Shown: positions 32,219 to 41,842 of the stretch, piece by piece
How positions within the stretch are numbered: position 1 is the stretch's first letter
How the letters are laid out: each line of letters opens with the position of its first letter
Assembly: GCA_963744995.1 (NCBI GenBank)
Contig: CAVUWA010000001.1
Span: forward strand, 128,001-192,000
DNA: 64,000 nt
Direction of reading: 5' to 3'
Origin: Candidatus Eiseniibacteriota bacterium
GTDB taxonomy: Bacteria; Eisenbacteria; RBG-16-71-46
Position numbers and translations under genes: made by a program
The notes under the pieces: generated by a model
Seen by the model: the letters and a program-made list of their open reading frames with translations, nothing else
Told to the model about the DNA's origin: nothing
Databases searched by the model: none

Positions 32219-32533
32219 CGCCGCACGTCCACGAACATCGCGGGGCCCGGGCACCGCCGGGCCCCGTGTCCCTTGCGGGCGCCGCCGGTGCGCCGGCGGT
32301 TCGCCCTGCGCCTGTCCACGGGTCTTTCCGCTGGCGGCCGCCCTTCGGCGTTGCGCATTGCATCGCCCGCCGCCCGCGAACGGCGCGCTTCGCATCGCCC
32401 GCCGCGCACCCGCGCACTGGCACGCCATTTTCCCGGATGAATCGCCTTCGCGCGCTCAATTCGGCCTCCCGCCGCGCCGATACCGTGAGCGCCGAAGTAC
32501 TGCGCAGGACTTCATCCGCTCCGGAGGCAACCG

Positions 32534-33145
32534 GTGAAACTCGCAACTCTGCTGGCCGCCGCGGCGCTGCTGGCGGTGAACCCGCTGCACGTCGGTGACA
32601 CGGCGAACCGCTCCCAATACGACCAGGTCGACGTTCAGAATCTCCAGCGTCTCGCGAACAAGGCCACCGAACCGCCCGTCACGCCGGTGGTGCCGGGCAG
32701 CGTCGCGCCGGACTTCTCCTATCAGACGCCCGACAACGAATGGCATCACCTGCACGACCTGCTGGAGCAGGGGCCCGTGCTCATGCTGTTCGGCGGGCGT
32801 GATCCGCAGTTCACCGCGCTCGAGAACGAGCGCGAGCAACTGCTCGACCTCGGCGTGCTGCCGGTCGCGATCGTCGACGGGCACGCGCGCGCGGCCAGCG
32901 CCGCGGTGAAGCGGCTCGGCCTCGCGTACAACGTGATTCCCGATCCGCAGGGCGTGATCGCCGGACTGTTCAACGCGGTCGAGCCCCGCACCGACGCCAC
33001 GCAGCCGTGCTGGTTCGTGATCGACCGGCAGCGCCGCGTGCGCGCGCTCGATCGCACCGGCCTGCCCGAGCAGGGCTACGCCGACATCGCGATCGAGGCC
33101 CTGGCGCTGCCGAAGAAGGGTACGAGCCTGCCGGTCTCCCACTAG
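32534..33145 (+). CDS. secreted AhpC/TSA (redoxin)-fold protein lacking the active-site Cys motif
   Basis: Signal peptide; GSVAPDFSY, GPVLMLF, IPDPQGVIAGLF, FVIDRQRRVR. Confidence 0.7.
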   Translation: MKLATLLAAAALLAVNPLHVGDTANRSQYDQVDVQNLQRLANKATEPPVTPVVPGSVAPDFSYQTPDNEWHHLHDLLEQGPVLMLFGGRDPQFTALENEREQLLDLGVLPVAIVDGHARAASAAVKRLGLAYNVIPDPQGVIAGLFNAVEPRTDATQPCWFVIDRQRRVRALDRTGLPEQGYADIAIEALALPKKGTSLPVSH

Positions 33146-33201
33146 CGGGAGACCCTCGCCGTTCTTGTTCGAGGCCGGTCTGCTGCCGTACTTTGCGGCG
33201 C

Positions 33202-34434
33202 ATGCCGGTCTCGACCGTTTCCCCCCTGCGCCTCGACGGCTTCGACCGCTTCGGCGGCGTGCACTGGACCTCCGCCGCGCTCGCGCACGCGCTGGCCTGG
33301 GAGGACGTTGCCGCGCCGCACTCGCGGCGCCCGCTCAGCGAGGCCATGTGCTTCGGCATCGCCGGCGGAATCGCGGCCGGATACGCCTTCGCCCCGTCGC
33401 GCTCGGCGGGCGCCGGCAGCGGCGTGTCCCTCGTGGGCCGCTATCGCGAGGGCGTCAACGGTCCCGAAGAGGTGGAGGACGCCCTGCGCCGGCTCGGGGC
33501 CCGTACGCGAGTCCGCGAGACCACGGGCGCGCGCGCCGCGGAGCGGAACCTGGAAACCGCCCTCGCCGCCGGGCACCCGGCGTTCGTCTGGTGCGCGCCG
33601 CCGCCGCTGCTCGCCGAACCATGGGCGGGAACCTGCGGCACCTACGTGTTGCTCGTCCATGGCCTGGACCGCAGGCGGCGCACGGCGCTCGTCGCCGACC
33701 GCGCGCGCCGCTCCCTGGAGCTGCCGCTCGCCGAGCTCGCGCGCCTGCGCGCGAAGGTCAGGGCGCAGCGCCGCCGCGTCCTGACCTTCACCCCGCCCGC
33801 GCGACTCGGCGCGGTCCTCTTGCGCCGCGCGATCACGCAGGGCATCCGGCTCGGCGCCGCGGACATGCTGCGCCCGCGCGTGCGCACGTTCAATCTGCCC
33901 GGCCTCGCCGAGTGGTCGCGCCAGATCGCGAACCCGGCCAGTCGCCGCGGCTGGCCGCGGGCGTTCCGCGGCGGGCGCCTGTTCGCGGCGCTGCGCGACG
34001 TGTACGACTCGATCGAAACCGCGGGCACCGGCGGCGGACTCTTCCGGCCGCTCTACGCCGAGTTCCTGCGCGAGGCGGCGGCGGTCACCGGGCGGCGCCG
34101 GCTGCGCACGCTGGCGCGCACGTACGAGACGCTCGGCACGCAGTGGACCGGGCTCGCACACACCGCGCTGCCGGATCGGCTGCCGGGGTTCCGGCGCGCG
34201 CGCGCGCTGCTCGCGCGCCGCGCGCGCCTGATCCGCACGGGCGGCGCCGTGCTCGACGAACGGATGGAGGAGACGCGCGTGGCGATGCGGACGATCGAGC
34301 GGCGGATGCGGCACGCATTCCCGCTCGACCACGTGGCGACCATGGAACTGCTGACGCGCATGTCGGGCGAGATCGCCGACCTGCACGCGGCCGAAGCGCG
34401 CACCGCGCGCGAGCTGTGGGCGGCTGTCCAGTAG
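33202..34434 (+). CDS. BtrH N-terminal / DUF4872-like protein
   Basis: GGVHWTS..L, LSEAMCFGIAGGI, GGGLFRPLYAEFLREA recalled as family-like motifs. Confidence 0.6.
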   Translation: MPVSTVSPLRLDGFDRFGGVHWTSAALAHALAWEDVAAPHSRRPLSEAMCFGIAGGIAAGYAFAPSRSAGAGSGVSLVGRYREGVNGPEEVEDALRRLGARTRVRETTGARAAERNLETALAAGHPAFVWCAPPPLLAEPWAGTCGTYVLLVHGLDRRRRTALVADRARRSLELPLAELARLRAKVRAQRRRVLTFTPPARLGAVLLRRAITQGIRLGAADMLRPRVRTFNLPGLAEWSRQIANPASRRGWPRAFRGGRLFAALRDVYDSIETAGTGGGLFRPLYAEFLREAAAVTGRRRLRTLARTYETLGTQWTGLAHTALPDRLPGFRRARALLARRARLIRTGGAVLDERMEETRVAMRTIERRMRHAFPLDHVATMELLTRMSGEIADLHAAEARTARELWAAVQ

Positions 34435-34450
34435 AAAGGGAGTTCCGGCC

Positions 34451-35503
34451 ATGCACATCGTGATCCTCGGCGGCGGCGCGCAGGGGCGCGTGATCGGCGC
34501 CGATCTCGCGGCTTCCCTGCCCGACGCACGCGTCACCGTCGCCGACCTCAGGCGACCCGAATTGCCGCCGCGTCACAACCTCAAGTGGCTGGAATGCGAT
34601 CTGTCGAGCCGCGAGGCGATCGCACGGCTGCTGCATGCCCACGAACTCGGCGTCTGCGCGCTGCCGTCGCGCTACGGTTACGCGGCGCTCGAGGCCGCCA
34701 TCGAGGCGAAGTGTTCGATGGTCGACGTGTCGTTCTCCGCCGAGGACCCGCTCGCGCTCGATGCCGCCGCACGGGCCGCCGGCATCACCCTGGCCCCCGA
34801 CTGCGGCCTCGCCCCGGGGATTTCGAACCTCATCGTCGGCCACGCAGTCGCCACCCGCGGCACGCCGCGCGATCTGATGATCTACGTGGGCGGCGTCGCA
34901 CAGGATCCCGACGCCCCGTACGGCTACGTCGTGACCTGGTCGGTGGACGATCTGCTCGAGGAGTACGTCCGCCCGGCGCGCATCGTCCGCGACGGGAAGA
35001 TCACGACCGTGCCCGTGTTCAGCGGCATGGAGACGCTCGACGTGCCCGGCGTGGGCACGATGGAGGCGTTCTACAGCGACGGGCTGCGCTCGCTGCTCCA
35101 CACCGTGCCCGGGGTTCGCGAAATGGGCGAGAAGACGCTGCGCTGGCCCGGGCATGCCGACGCGGTGCGGCCGCTGGTCGAAGCCGGGACGCTGGTCGAG
35201 ACGCTGCGCCACGAGTGCAGCGCCGATCCGGCGCGCGACCTGGTGGCGCTGCGCGTGCGGCTGACCTTCGACCGGGGCAGCCAGACCTGGGACATGACCG
35301 ACCGCTACGATCCCGCCACCGGCCGCACGGCGATGTCGCGCACCACGGCGCTCACGACGTCGGTGGTCGCCCGGCTCGCGGCCGCCGGCGGGCTCGGCGC
35401 TCCGGGCGTGCGTCCGCTCGAAAAGGTGGGGGCCGACGAGCAGGCGTTCCGTTTCATTCGCGACGGGCTGTCACAGCGTGGCGTCCGGCTGCGCACGAGC
35501 TGA
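34451..35503 (+). CDS. saccharopine dehydrogenase / lysine 6-dehydrogenase family protein
   Basis: ILGGGAQG, DCGLAPGISN, TWSVDDLLEEY, EKTLRWPGH, AMSRTT. Confidence 0.88.
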   Translation: MHIVILGGGAQGRVIGADLAASLPDARVTVADLRRPELPPRHNLKWLECDLSSREAIARLLHAHELGVCALPSRYGYAALEAAIEAKCSMVDVSFSAEDPLALDAAARAAGITLAPDCGLAPGISNLIVGHAVATRGTPRDLMIYVGGVAQDPDAPYGYVVTWSVDDLLEEYVRPARIVRDGKITTVPVFSGMETLDVPGVGTMEAFYSDGLRSLLHTVPGVREMGEKTLRWPGHADAVRPLVEAGTLVETLRHECSADPARDLVALRVRLTFDRGSQTWDMTDRYDPATGRTAMSRTTALTTSVVARLAAAGGLGAPGVRPLEKVGADEQAFRFIRDGLSQRGVRLRTS

Positions 35504-35519
35504 AGGCGCCCCCGCCCCC

Positions 35520-35548
35520 TTGACCGCGCGCGCCGCAGTCGAAAGAAT
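35520..35548 (+). promoter_or_regulatory. sigma70-type promoter of pfp
   Basis: TTGACC-N17-AAGAAT upstream of RBS AGGGAG. Confidence 0.45.
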
Positions 35549-35578
35549 GGGCGCCACCCAGGGAAAGGGAGCTCATCG

Positions 35579-36895
35579 ATGACCCAGAAGAAGCGGCTTG
35601 CGATTCTCGTCGGCGGCGGCCCCGCCCCCGGCATCAACAGCGTCATCGGCGCGGCGACGATTCGCGCCGCCCTCGAAGGCGTCGAGGTCCTCGGCATCGA
35701 GGACGGCTTCGAGTGGATCATGCAGGGCGACGTCGACCACGTGCGTCCGCTCACCATCGACGGCGTGTCGCGCATCCATTTCCGTGGCGGCTCGCACATC
35801 GGCATCTCGCGCGCGAACCCGACCACCGACCCGCAGCTGCTGGAAAACGCGGTGCTTTCGCTGCTCCGGCTCAACGTGTTCAAGCTGATCACGATCGGCG
35901 GCGACGACACGGCGCATTCGGCGATGAAGCTCGAGGCCAAGGCCGAGGGCCGGATCCGCGTCGTGCACGTGCCGAAGTCGATCGACAACGACCTCGATCT
36001 GCCGCCGACCGTGGACACGTTCGGCTACCAGACGGCGCGACATCTGGGCGTGGACATTCTCAAGAACCTCATGGTGGACGCGCGCACGACTTCGCGCTGG
36101 TACTTCGTGATCGCCATGGGTCGCAAGGCCGGCCACCTGGCGCACGGCATCGGCAAGGCCGCCGGGGCGACCGTGACGCTGATTCCGGAAGAGTTCTCGC
36201 AGAGCCCGATCCCGCTCAGGACCATCGTCGACACGCTGGTCGGCGCGATCATCAAACGGCTGAGCTACGGGCGCCGCGACGGCGTCGCGGTGATCGCCGA
36301 AGGCGTGGTGCTCGACATCGATCCGAACGATCTTCACGACCTGGACGACGCCGAACGCGACGCGCACGGACACGTGCGTATCGCCGAGATCAACATCGGC
36401 GAAATTCTCAAGAGAGCGGTGCAGGCGCGACTCAGGGAGTTCGCCCTCAAGACCACCATCGTCGCGAAGAACATCGGCTACGAGCTGCGCTGCGCCGATC
36501 CGATCCCGTTCGACATGGAATACACGCGCGACCTCGGCTACTGCGCGGCGAAGTACCTGCTCGAAGGCGGGCGCGGCGCGATGATCTCGATGCAGGCCGG
36601 GCAGTTCGTGCCGATTCCGTTCCACGAGCTGCAGGATTCCGAGACCGGCAAGGCGCGGATCCGGCTGGTCGATATCCACTCGGCGCGCTACGCCATCGCA
36701 CGCCGCTACATGATCCGCATCCGCCGCGACGACTTCGACGACCCGCACGAACTGGCGAAGTTCGCGGCCGCCTGCGGACTCACCCTCGAAGCGTTTCGCG
36801 AACAGTTCGAGTACCTGATCGACGACGAGCCGCCGGCGCTGCACCTGATTCCGCCCGACGGCGCGAAGGTGGCGCCGGCGGGCATCGAAGGTTGA
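35579..36895 (+). CDS. pfp: pyrophosphate-dependent phosphofructokinase
   Basis: GGGPAPGIN, TIGGDDT (GGDD indicates the PPi type), PKSIDNDL, MGRKAG, GYELRC. Confidence 0.92.
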   Translation: MTQKKRLAILVGGGPAPGINSVIGAATIRAALEGVEVLGIEDGFEWIMQGDVDHVRPLTIDGVSRIHFRGGSHIGISRANPTTDPQLLENAVLSLLRLNVFKLITIGGDDTAHSAMKLEAKAEGRIRVVHVPKSIDNDLDLPPTVDTFGYQTARHLGVDILKNLMVDARTTSRWYFVIAMGRKAGHLAHGIGKAAGATVTLIPEEFSQSPIPLRTIVDTLVGAIIKRLSYGRRDGVAVIAEGVVLDIDPNDLHDLDDAERDAHGHVRIAEINIGEILKRAVQARLREFALKTTIVAKNIGYELRCADPIPFDMEYTRDLGYCAAKYLLEGGRGAMISMQAGQFVPIPFHELQDSETGKARIRLVDIHSARYAIARRYMIRIRRDDFDDPHELAKFAAACGLTLEAFREQFEYLIDDEPPALHLIPPDGAKVAPAGIEG

Positions 36896-37020
36896 GGCTG
36901 CCGGCCGCGACCTCGGTTTTTGGGTCGAATTCGGACAGAATCCGCCCCTTGCTGCGGACCGCGAACGGCGCGGTGCTCGTTTGACGGTCGTTCCCTCCTC
37001 CGGCCCCTGTCGGAGGTCAT

Positions 37021-37644
37021 ATGCTTCGCGGCTTCCTCGTTCTCGTCTTCATGACGGGACTCGCCGCGCCCGCGGGGGCGATGCCGGTCCCGCTGCCCGG
37101 CATCCCCAACGCGTGGGCCAGCACCGTTCCCGACTGCATCCAGATCTGTGCCGGGGGTGACCTGTCGTCTTCGGTCATCGTCCGCGACAACACGCTGCAA
37201 CCCGTGCCGAACTCGCTCGTCATCATCGACTTCATCGCCTGCCCCGGTTTCGTCGTCTGCGATCAATGCGCCGACACTTGGATCTACGACGAAGTGACGC
37301 GCACCGTGCGCAAGCCGACCGATGCTCAGGGTGCGGTGACCTTCTCGATCTGCGGCGGCGGCACCTGCGGCGGCCAGGTCTCGGTCTATGCCGACGGCAT
37401 CGCGCTCGGCCAGCGGCCGCTGGCGGTCACGGATCGGAATGCGGATCTGGCCGTCGATCCCGAGGACCTGGCGGGCGTCCAGGCGCTGGTCGGAACCGCC
37501 GATCGCTCCGCCGACTTCGACTGCAGCGGGGGCGTCGACGCCGCCGACGTGGCGTTCGAGACCGCCCATCTCGGGCACATGTGCCTGGGGCCGACACCGG
37601 CGCGGCCCTCGAGCTGGGGGACGCTCAAGACGATGTATCGATGA
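37021..37644 (+). CDS. secreted Cys-rich protein with dockerin/EF-hand-like motifs and C-terminal SWGxLKxxYR tail
   Basis: Signal peptide; DRNADLAVD..DL and DFDCSGGVD..DV loops; ends PTPARPSSWGTLKTMYR. Confidence 0.75.
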   Translation: MLRGFLVLVFMTGLAAPAGAMPVPLPGIPNAWASTVPDCIQICAGGDLSSSVIVRDNTLQPVPNSLVIIDFIACPGFVVCDQCADTWIYDEVTRTVRKPTDAQGAVTFSICGGGTCGGQVSVYADGIALGQRPLAVTDRNADLAVDPEDLAGVQALVGTADRSADFDCSGGVDAADVAFETAHLGHMCLGPTPARPSSWGTLKTMYR

Positions 37645-37662
37645 CGCGCCGCGGCGCGGTGC

Positions 37663-38490
37663 TCACGGCCGCGCCGCGTGCTCCCGAAGCAGCCGCCCGG
37701 TATTCGCGATCGCGTCCACGCCGCCGATCGGGCCGTGGCCCGGGATCACCATGACGGGATTGGGGCAATGCGCGCGCACGTTCGCGAGGCTCGCGGGCCA
37801 GCGCTCGAGGTCCGCCTCGTCCGTGTAGCCGAGCGAGCGCGTGCGCGCGCTGCGGATCATGCAGCCGCCGACCAGCACGCGGCGCTCCGGCAGCCAGACC
37901 ACGACGTTGTCGCGCGTGTGCGCGGGGCCCGGGTAGAACACGTCGAGACTGTCGGCACCGGTCGAGAGACTGAGGTGGTCGTCGAACGTGTGCGCGGGTG
38001 GCGGGTCGCCCTGCGCGCGCGCGAACTCCGCAGTGAGCGTCGACCCGTACGTGGGCACGCCGCGCGCGTGCATGGTGCGGATGCCGCCCATGCGGTCGGC
38101 GTGGGCGTGCGTGACCACACATGCGATCACGCGCTGCGGGATCGCGCGCTTCATCCAGTCGAGCAGCCGCACGGTCTGATCGTCCTCCCACGGCGTGTCG
38201 ATGACGATCGCGCCGGCGGGACCCGCGACGATCACGCCATTGGCCGGCGCGGGCTTGCCGTCGAGCAGGTGCGTCGAGACGTGCAGCCAGAGTCCCTCGT
38301 CGATGCGCTTCACGTAGAGGTCGTCGCCGAGTGATACCGAGTCGGCGAACGCAGACGACGTGGTGGCCGTTGCGGCCGCCGTGCCGGCGGCGGCCGCGGG
38401 CGTGGCCGGCCCCTGGATCGGCGCGAGCAGCGCGGCCGCCGCCGCGAGCCGCACGCATGCGGCCGTGCCGCGGGCGCCGAACGCAGTCAT
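37663..38490 (-). CDS. subclass B1 metallo-beta-lactamase
   Basis: ANG, IDTPW, THAHADRMGG, PGPAHTRDN, GGCM, PGHG: full His/His/Asp/His/Cys/His ligand set; signal peptide. Confidence 0.85.
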   Translation of the reverse strand: MTAFGARGTAACVRLAAAAALLAPIQGPATPAAAAGTAAATATTSSAFADSVSLGDDLYVKRIDEGLWLHVSTHLLDGKPAPANGVIVAGPAGAIVIDTPWEDDQTVRLLDWMKRAIPQRVIACVVTHAHADRMGGIRTMHARGVPTYGSTLTAEFARAQGDPPPAHTFDDHLSLSTGADSLDVFYPGPAHTRDNVVVWLPERRVLVGGCMIRSARTRSLGYTDEADLERWPASLANVRAHCPNPVMVIPGHGPIGGVDAIANTGRLLREHAARP

Positions 38491-38738
38491 CTCAGGGTTG
38501 AACATCTCCTGACACTTCCTTCCATGGAGTCCGTAACGTGCGTTTCGCGCAGGGCGCCCGCGCGTTTCGCGAGATCCCGGCAGTGCACGGCATGATCCGG
38601 CGCAGCGGTATTGCATGACACGCGCGCGCCCGCGTCAACCGGCGGGAACCGGAACGGCTCTTGCCGGGTACCACCGATCACATGACTCGGCGAGCCGAAT
38701 TCTCCGCGGCCCGTTCGCCGGATGGACAGGACATCTTC

Positions 38739-39275
38739 ATGACGCTTCCCACAAGCCGGGCGGTGAGCGCGTTCGCGACGCGGACGCTCACGGCCCTGCC
38801 GATGATCGCCGTCCTCGCCCTCGTCAACGCCACCGCTCATGCGGCCCGGCCGGCCGCGCCCAGTACCATCGCCGCCCTCGCTCCCGTCGCCGGCGACTCG
38901 CTGTCGCTCGACGGCCACGTGGTCTACGTCGACTTCTGGGCGTCATGGTGCGTGCCCTGCCGGTCGTCGTTTCCGTGGATGGCCTCCATGCGCGCGAAGT
39001 ACCACGACCGCGGGCTCGAGGTCGTGACTATCGACCTCGATCACGAATCGAAGGCCGCGCACCGTTTCCTCGAACAGATGAAGTCGCCGCTGCCGGTGTT
39101 CGAGGATCCGAAGGGCGAGATGGCGAAGCGCTTCGGCATCGAAGTGATGCCCACGTCGTTCGTATTCGGACGCGACGGAACGCTCCGCGCGCGTCACGAG
39201 GGATTCCGCGCCGGGGACAGCGCCGCGCTGGAATCGCAGATCACCGCGCTGCTCGAGGAGAAACCCCCGAAGTGA
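38739..39275 (+). CDS. TlpA-family thiol-disulfide oxidoreductase
   Basis: VDFWASWCVPC, MPTSF; signal peptide. Confidence 0.9.
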   Translation: MTLPTSRAVSAFATRTLTALPMIAVLALVNATAHAARPAAPSTIAALAPVAGDSLSLDGHVVYVDFWASWCVPCRSSFPWMASMRAKYHDRGLEVVTIDLDHESKAAHRFLEQMKSPLPVFEDPKGEMAKRFGIEVMPTSFVFGRDGTLRARHEGFRAGDSAALESQITALLEEKPPK

Positions 39276-39505
39276 GACCGGCTGTCCGGCTGCTGGTGGT
39301 CCTGGCGCTCGCCGCGCTGGCGGCCCTTGCCTCCGGTTGCGCGACCCTTGGCGTGCACCCCTGGGAGCGCGACATCCTCGCGAAAGACGTCATGCTGCCG
39401 TCGCACGGCGCCCTCGATCGCGCGCTCGACGACCACATCTACTTCAGCAAGGAAGCCTCGAGCGGCGGCCGCGGATTCGGCGGCGGAGGCTGCGGGTGCA
39501 ACTGA
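39272..39505 (+). CDS. DUF4266-family lipoprotein
   Basis: Lipobox LASGC, V.PWER, KEASSGG.G.GGGGCGCN C-terminus. Confidence 0.85.
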   Translation: MRPAVRLLVVLALAALAALASGCATLGVHPWERDILAKDVMLPSHGALDRALDDHIYFSKEASSGGRGFGGGGCGCN

Positions 39506-40803
39506 GGCGGCGTGAACCCATCCACGGCGCGCTCACGGCGGTCACTGTCGCGCTGCTCGGCTCGAGCACCGCAGCGCACGCGGCGGAGGCGAACCGGGTC
39601 GAGTCCTCCCTGCTGCTCTACAACGAAACCGACCGCGTGAAGGCCGCCGAGAGCGTCACCAACTTGACGGGCACACTGGACTCGCAACGCGCCTTCGAGC
39701 TGCACCTCACGCTCGACGGCCTGACCGGCGCCTCGCCCAACGGCGCCACCCCGGCGAGCACGGTGCAGACCTTCACCGGCCCTTCCGGCCGGGTCGGTTT
39801 CAGGGCACAACCCGGGCGGATTCCGCTCGACGGTTCGTTCAGCGACACCCGCATCGCGCTCGACGGCACCATCACCGACCAGATCAATCGCGTCCTGGCC
39901 GCGACCTATGGCGGGCATCTGTCGCTCGAGAAGGACTACTTTTCGATCGGCGCGAACGGCGGCGTGAGCCGCGACTTCTTCCAGAAGAACCTCACCCTCT
40001 CGCTCTCGGGCGCCTACAGCCTCGATGCGGTGGCACCGCATGGGGGCCCGCCGACCGCATTCGCGCCGATGCCGCCACCGAGCGAAACGCCGACGGGCGG
40101 CGAGGGCGAAGGCGAAGGCGAGGGCGGCGCGGGGGGCGGCGCCAGGGGCAAGAACGTGCTCGATGCGGTCGCCGGCTTCACGCAGGTGCTCGACCGCTCG
40201 ACGCTGCTCAGGGCCGATTACTCGGCCGGGGTGACGGCCGGCTACCTCAACGACCCCTACAAGCTGCTGAGCGTCGTGCAGGCGCCCGGGGATGCCGCGC
40301 CGGGCGAGCCCGTCGCCTACCTCTACGAAAAGCGGCCGTCGACCCGGTTGCGACAGACACTCTACGCCGATCTCAAGCGCTACGTGTTCGGTGCGACGAT
40401 CGACGCCTCCTACCGCTACTTCTGGGACGACTGGGGCATCCGGTCGCGCACCTTCGACGTGTTCCCGCGCCTGCCGCTGCCGGGCGGGCACTCGATCGAA
40501 CCGCACTTCCGCTGGTACAGCCAGACCGCTGCGGACTTCCATCGCGCCTACCTGGTGGACGGCCAGCCGCTGCCGGGTTACGCGTCGGCCGACAGCAGGC
40601 TCGCCGCGTTCGACGCGGTGACCTGGGGCGCGAAGTATTCGATGCCGTTCCACGGCACCGATCACCTGAGCTTCTCGGCCGAATACTACAAACAGACCGG
40701 AACGCGCGGCCCGCCGGATGCGTTCGGCGCGCTCACGCAGTACGACCTGTTCCCGCCGCTCCACGTGCTGATGTTCCGGGTCGGCTTCACGCATGACCTC
40801 TAG
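39496..40803 (+). CDS. DUF3570-family outer-membrane protein
   Basis: YNETDRV, DGLTGASPNGA, GYLNDPYK, YRYFWDDWGI.S.T, SADSRLA; gene context. Confidence 0.8.
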   Translation: MQLRRREPIHGALTAVTVALLGSSTAAHAAEANRVESSLLLYNETDRVKAAESVTNLTGTLDSQRAFELHLTLDGLTGASPNGATPASTVQTFTGPSGRVGFRAQPGRIPLDGSFSDTRIALDGTITDQINRVLAATYGGHLSLEKDYFSIGANGGVSRDFFQKNLTLSLSGAYSLDAVAPHGGPPTAFAPMPPPSETPTGGEGEGEGEGGAGGGARGKNVLDAVAGFTQVLDRSTLLRADYSAGVTAGYLNDPYKLLSVVQAPGDAAPGEPVAYLYEKRPSTRLRQTLYADLKRYVFGATIDASYRYFWDDWGIRSRTFDVFPRLPLPGGHSIEPHFRWYSQTAADFHRAYLVDGQPLPGYASADSRLAAFDAVTWGAKYSMPFHGTDHLSFSAEYYKQTGTRGPPDAFGALTQYDLFPPLHVLMFRVGFTHDL

Positions 40804-41695
40804 TTCCACGCACACGTGGGAGGTGCGCCGCGAGGGCGCGTACTGGGGCGTCCGCTACAGCGCGATGGCGAGCCCGTGCGAAGTGCTCGTCTACGCCGAC
40901 ACCGCGAGCGGGGCCGACCATGCGGCCTCGCTCGCGTTTCATGAAACGGCGCGAATCGAGAGGAAGTTCAGCCGCTACCGCACGGACAACATCGTGCACG
41001 CGATCAACCACGCGGACGGCCGCGCCGTCGCGGTGGACGAGGAGACGTCCAGACTCCTCGCCTGCGCCGGGCAGTGTCACGAACTCTCCGAGGGGCGCTT
41101 CGACGTCACGTCGGGGGTGCTGCGCGCCGCGTGGACCTTCGACGGCCGGGCGGCGCGCCCCGACCGGGAGCAGATCGCGACGCTGCTCCAACGCGTCGGC
41201 TGGCAGCGCGTGGCGTTCGACGGGAAGACCATCCGCCTCGAGCCCGGCATGGAGCTCGACCTTGGCGGAATCGGCAAGGAGTACGCCGCCGATCGCGTCG
41301 CCGCCGTGCTCGCCGGGCATGGATTCGACAGGGTGATGGTGAATCTGGGCGGCGACATCCGCGTGATGGGCGGCCCCGCACCGAAGACGACGTGGACCAT
41401 CGGCATCGAGGACCCGTCGCGTGACCGCGCCGCGATCGGCGAGGTGAAGCTCACCGACGGCGGCGTGGCCTCGAGCGGCGACGCGCGGCGTTTCTGCATG
41501 GTGGACGGGGAGCGGCTGGGACACATCCTGGATCCCCGTACCGGCTGGCCCGTCGCCGGCGCGCCGCGCAGCGCGACGGTGATCGCCGAGAACTGCACCG
41601 CCGCGGGATTCCTTTCCACGCTGGCGATGCTGCACGGCGAAGATGCCGAGACGTTTCTCGACGCGCAGGGGGTGACGTTTCACTGCGTGAGGTAG
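40793..41695 (+). CDS. apbE: FAD:protein FMN transferase
   Basis: FDVTSG, LDLGGIGKEYAAD, VNLGGDI, ASSGD..R, HILDPRTG. Confidence 0.93.
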   Translation: MTSSSTHTWEVRREGAYWGVRYSAMASPCEVLVYADTASGADHAASLAFHETARIERKFSRYRTDNIVHAINHADGRAVAVDEETSRLLACAGQCHELSEGRFDVTSGVLRAAWTFDGRAARPDREQIATLLQRVGWQRVAFDGKTIRLEPGMELDLGGIGKEYAADRVAAVLAGHGFDRVMVNLGGDIRVMGGPAPKTTWTIGIEDPSRDRAAIGEVKLTDGGVASSGDARRFCMVDGERLGHILDPRTGWPVAGAPRSATVIAENCTAAGFLSTLAMLHGEDAETFLDAQGVTFHCVR

Positions 41696-41842
41696 CTCGC
41701 GCACGCGCCGATGCGTCGCACACGCCGTCTCCGGATCGCGCACGCGGGGGACACGCCGCGCTGCTGCGACGCGCGCCCGGGCGCCCCACGATCCCGGCAC
41801 GGATTTCGCGGGGTTCGGCTCGCCCGCCCCCGCGGAGCACGC

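Noticed and set aside
32418..32433. Second sigma54 promoter (TGGCACGCCATTTTCC)
   Set aside because: Good -24 box, but the -12 GC is missing (TTTC)
31637..33145. Selenocysteine-containing peroxiredoxins
   Set aside because: No in-frame TGA at the expected active-site position
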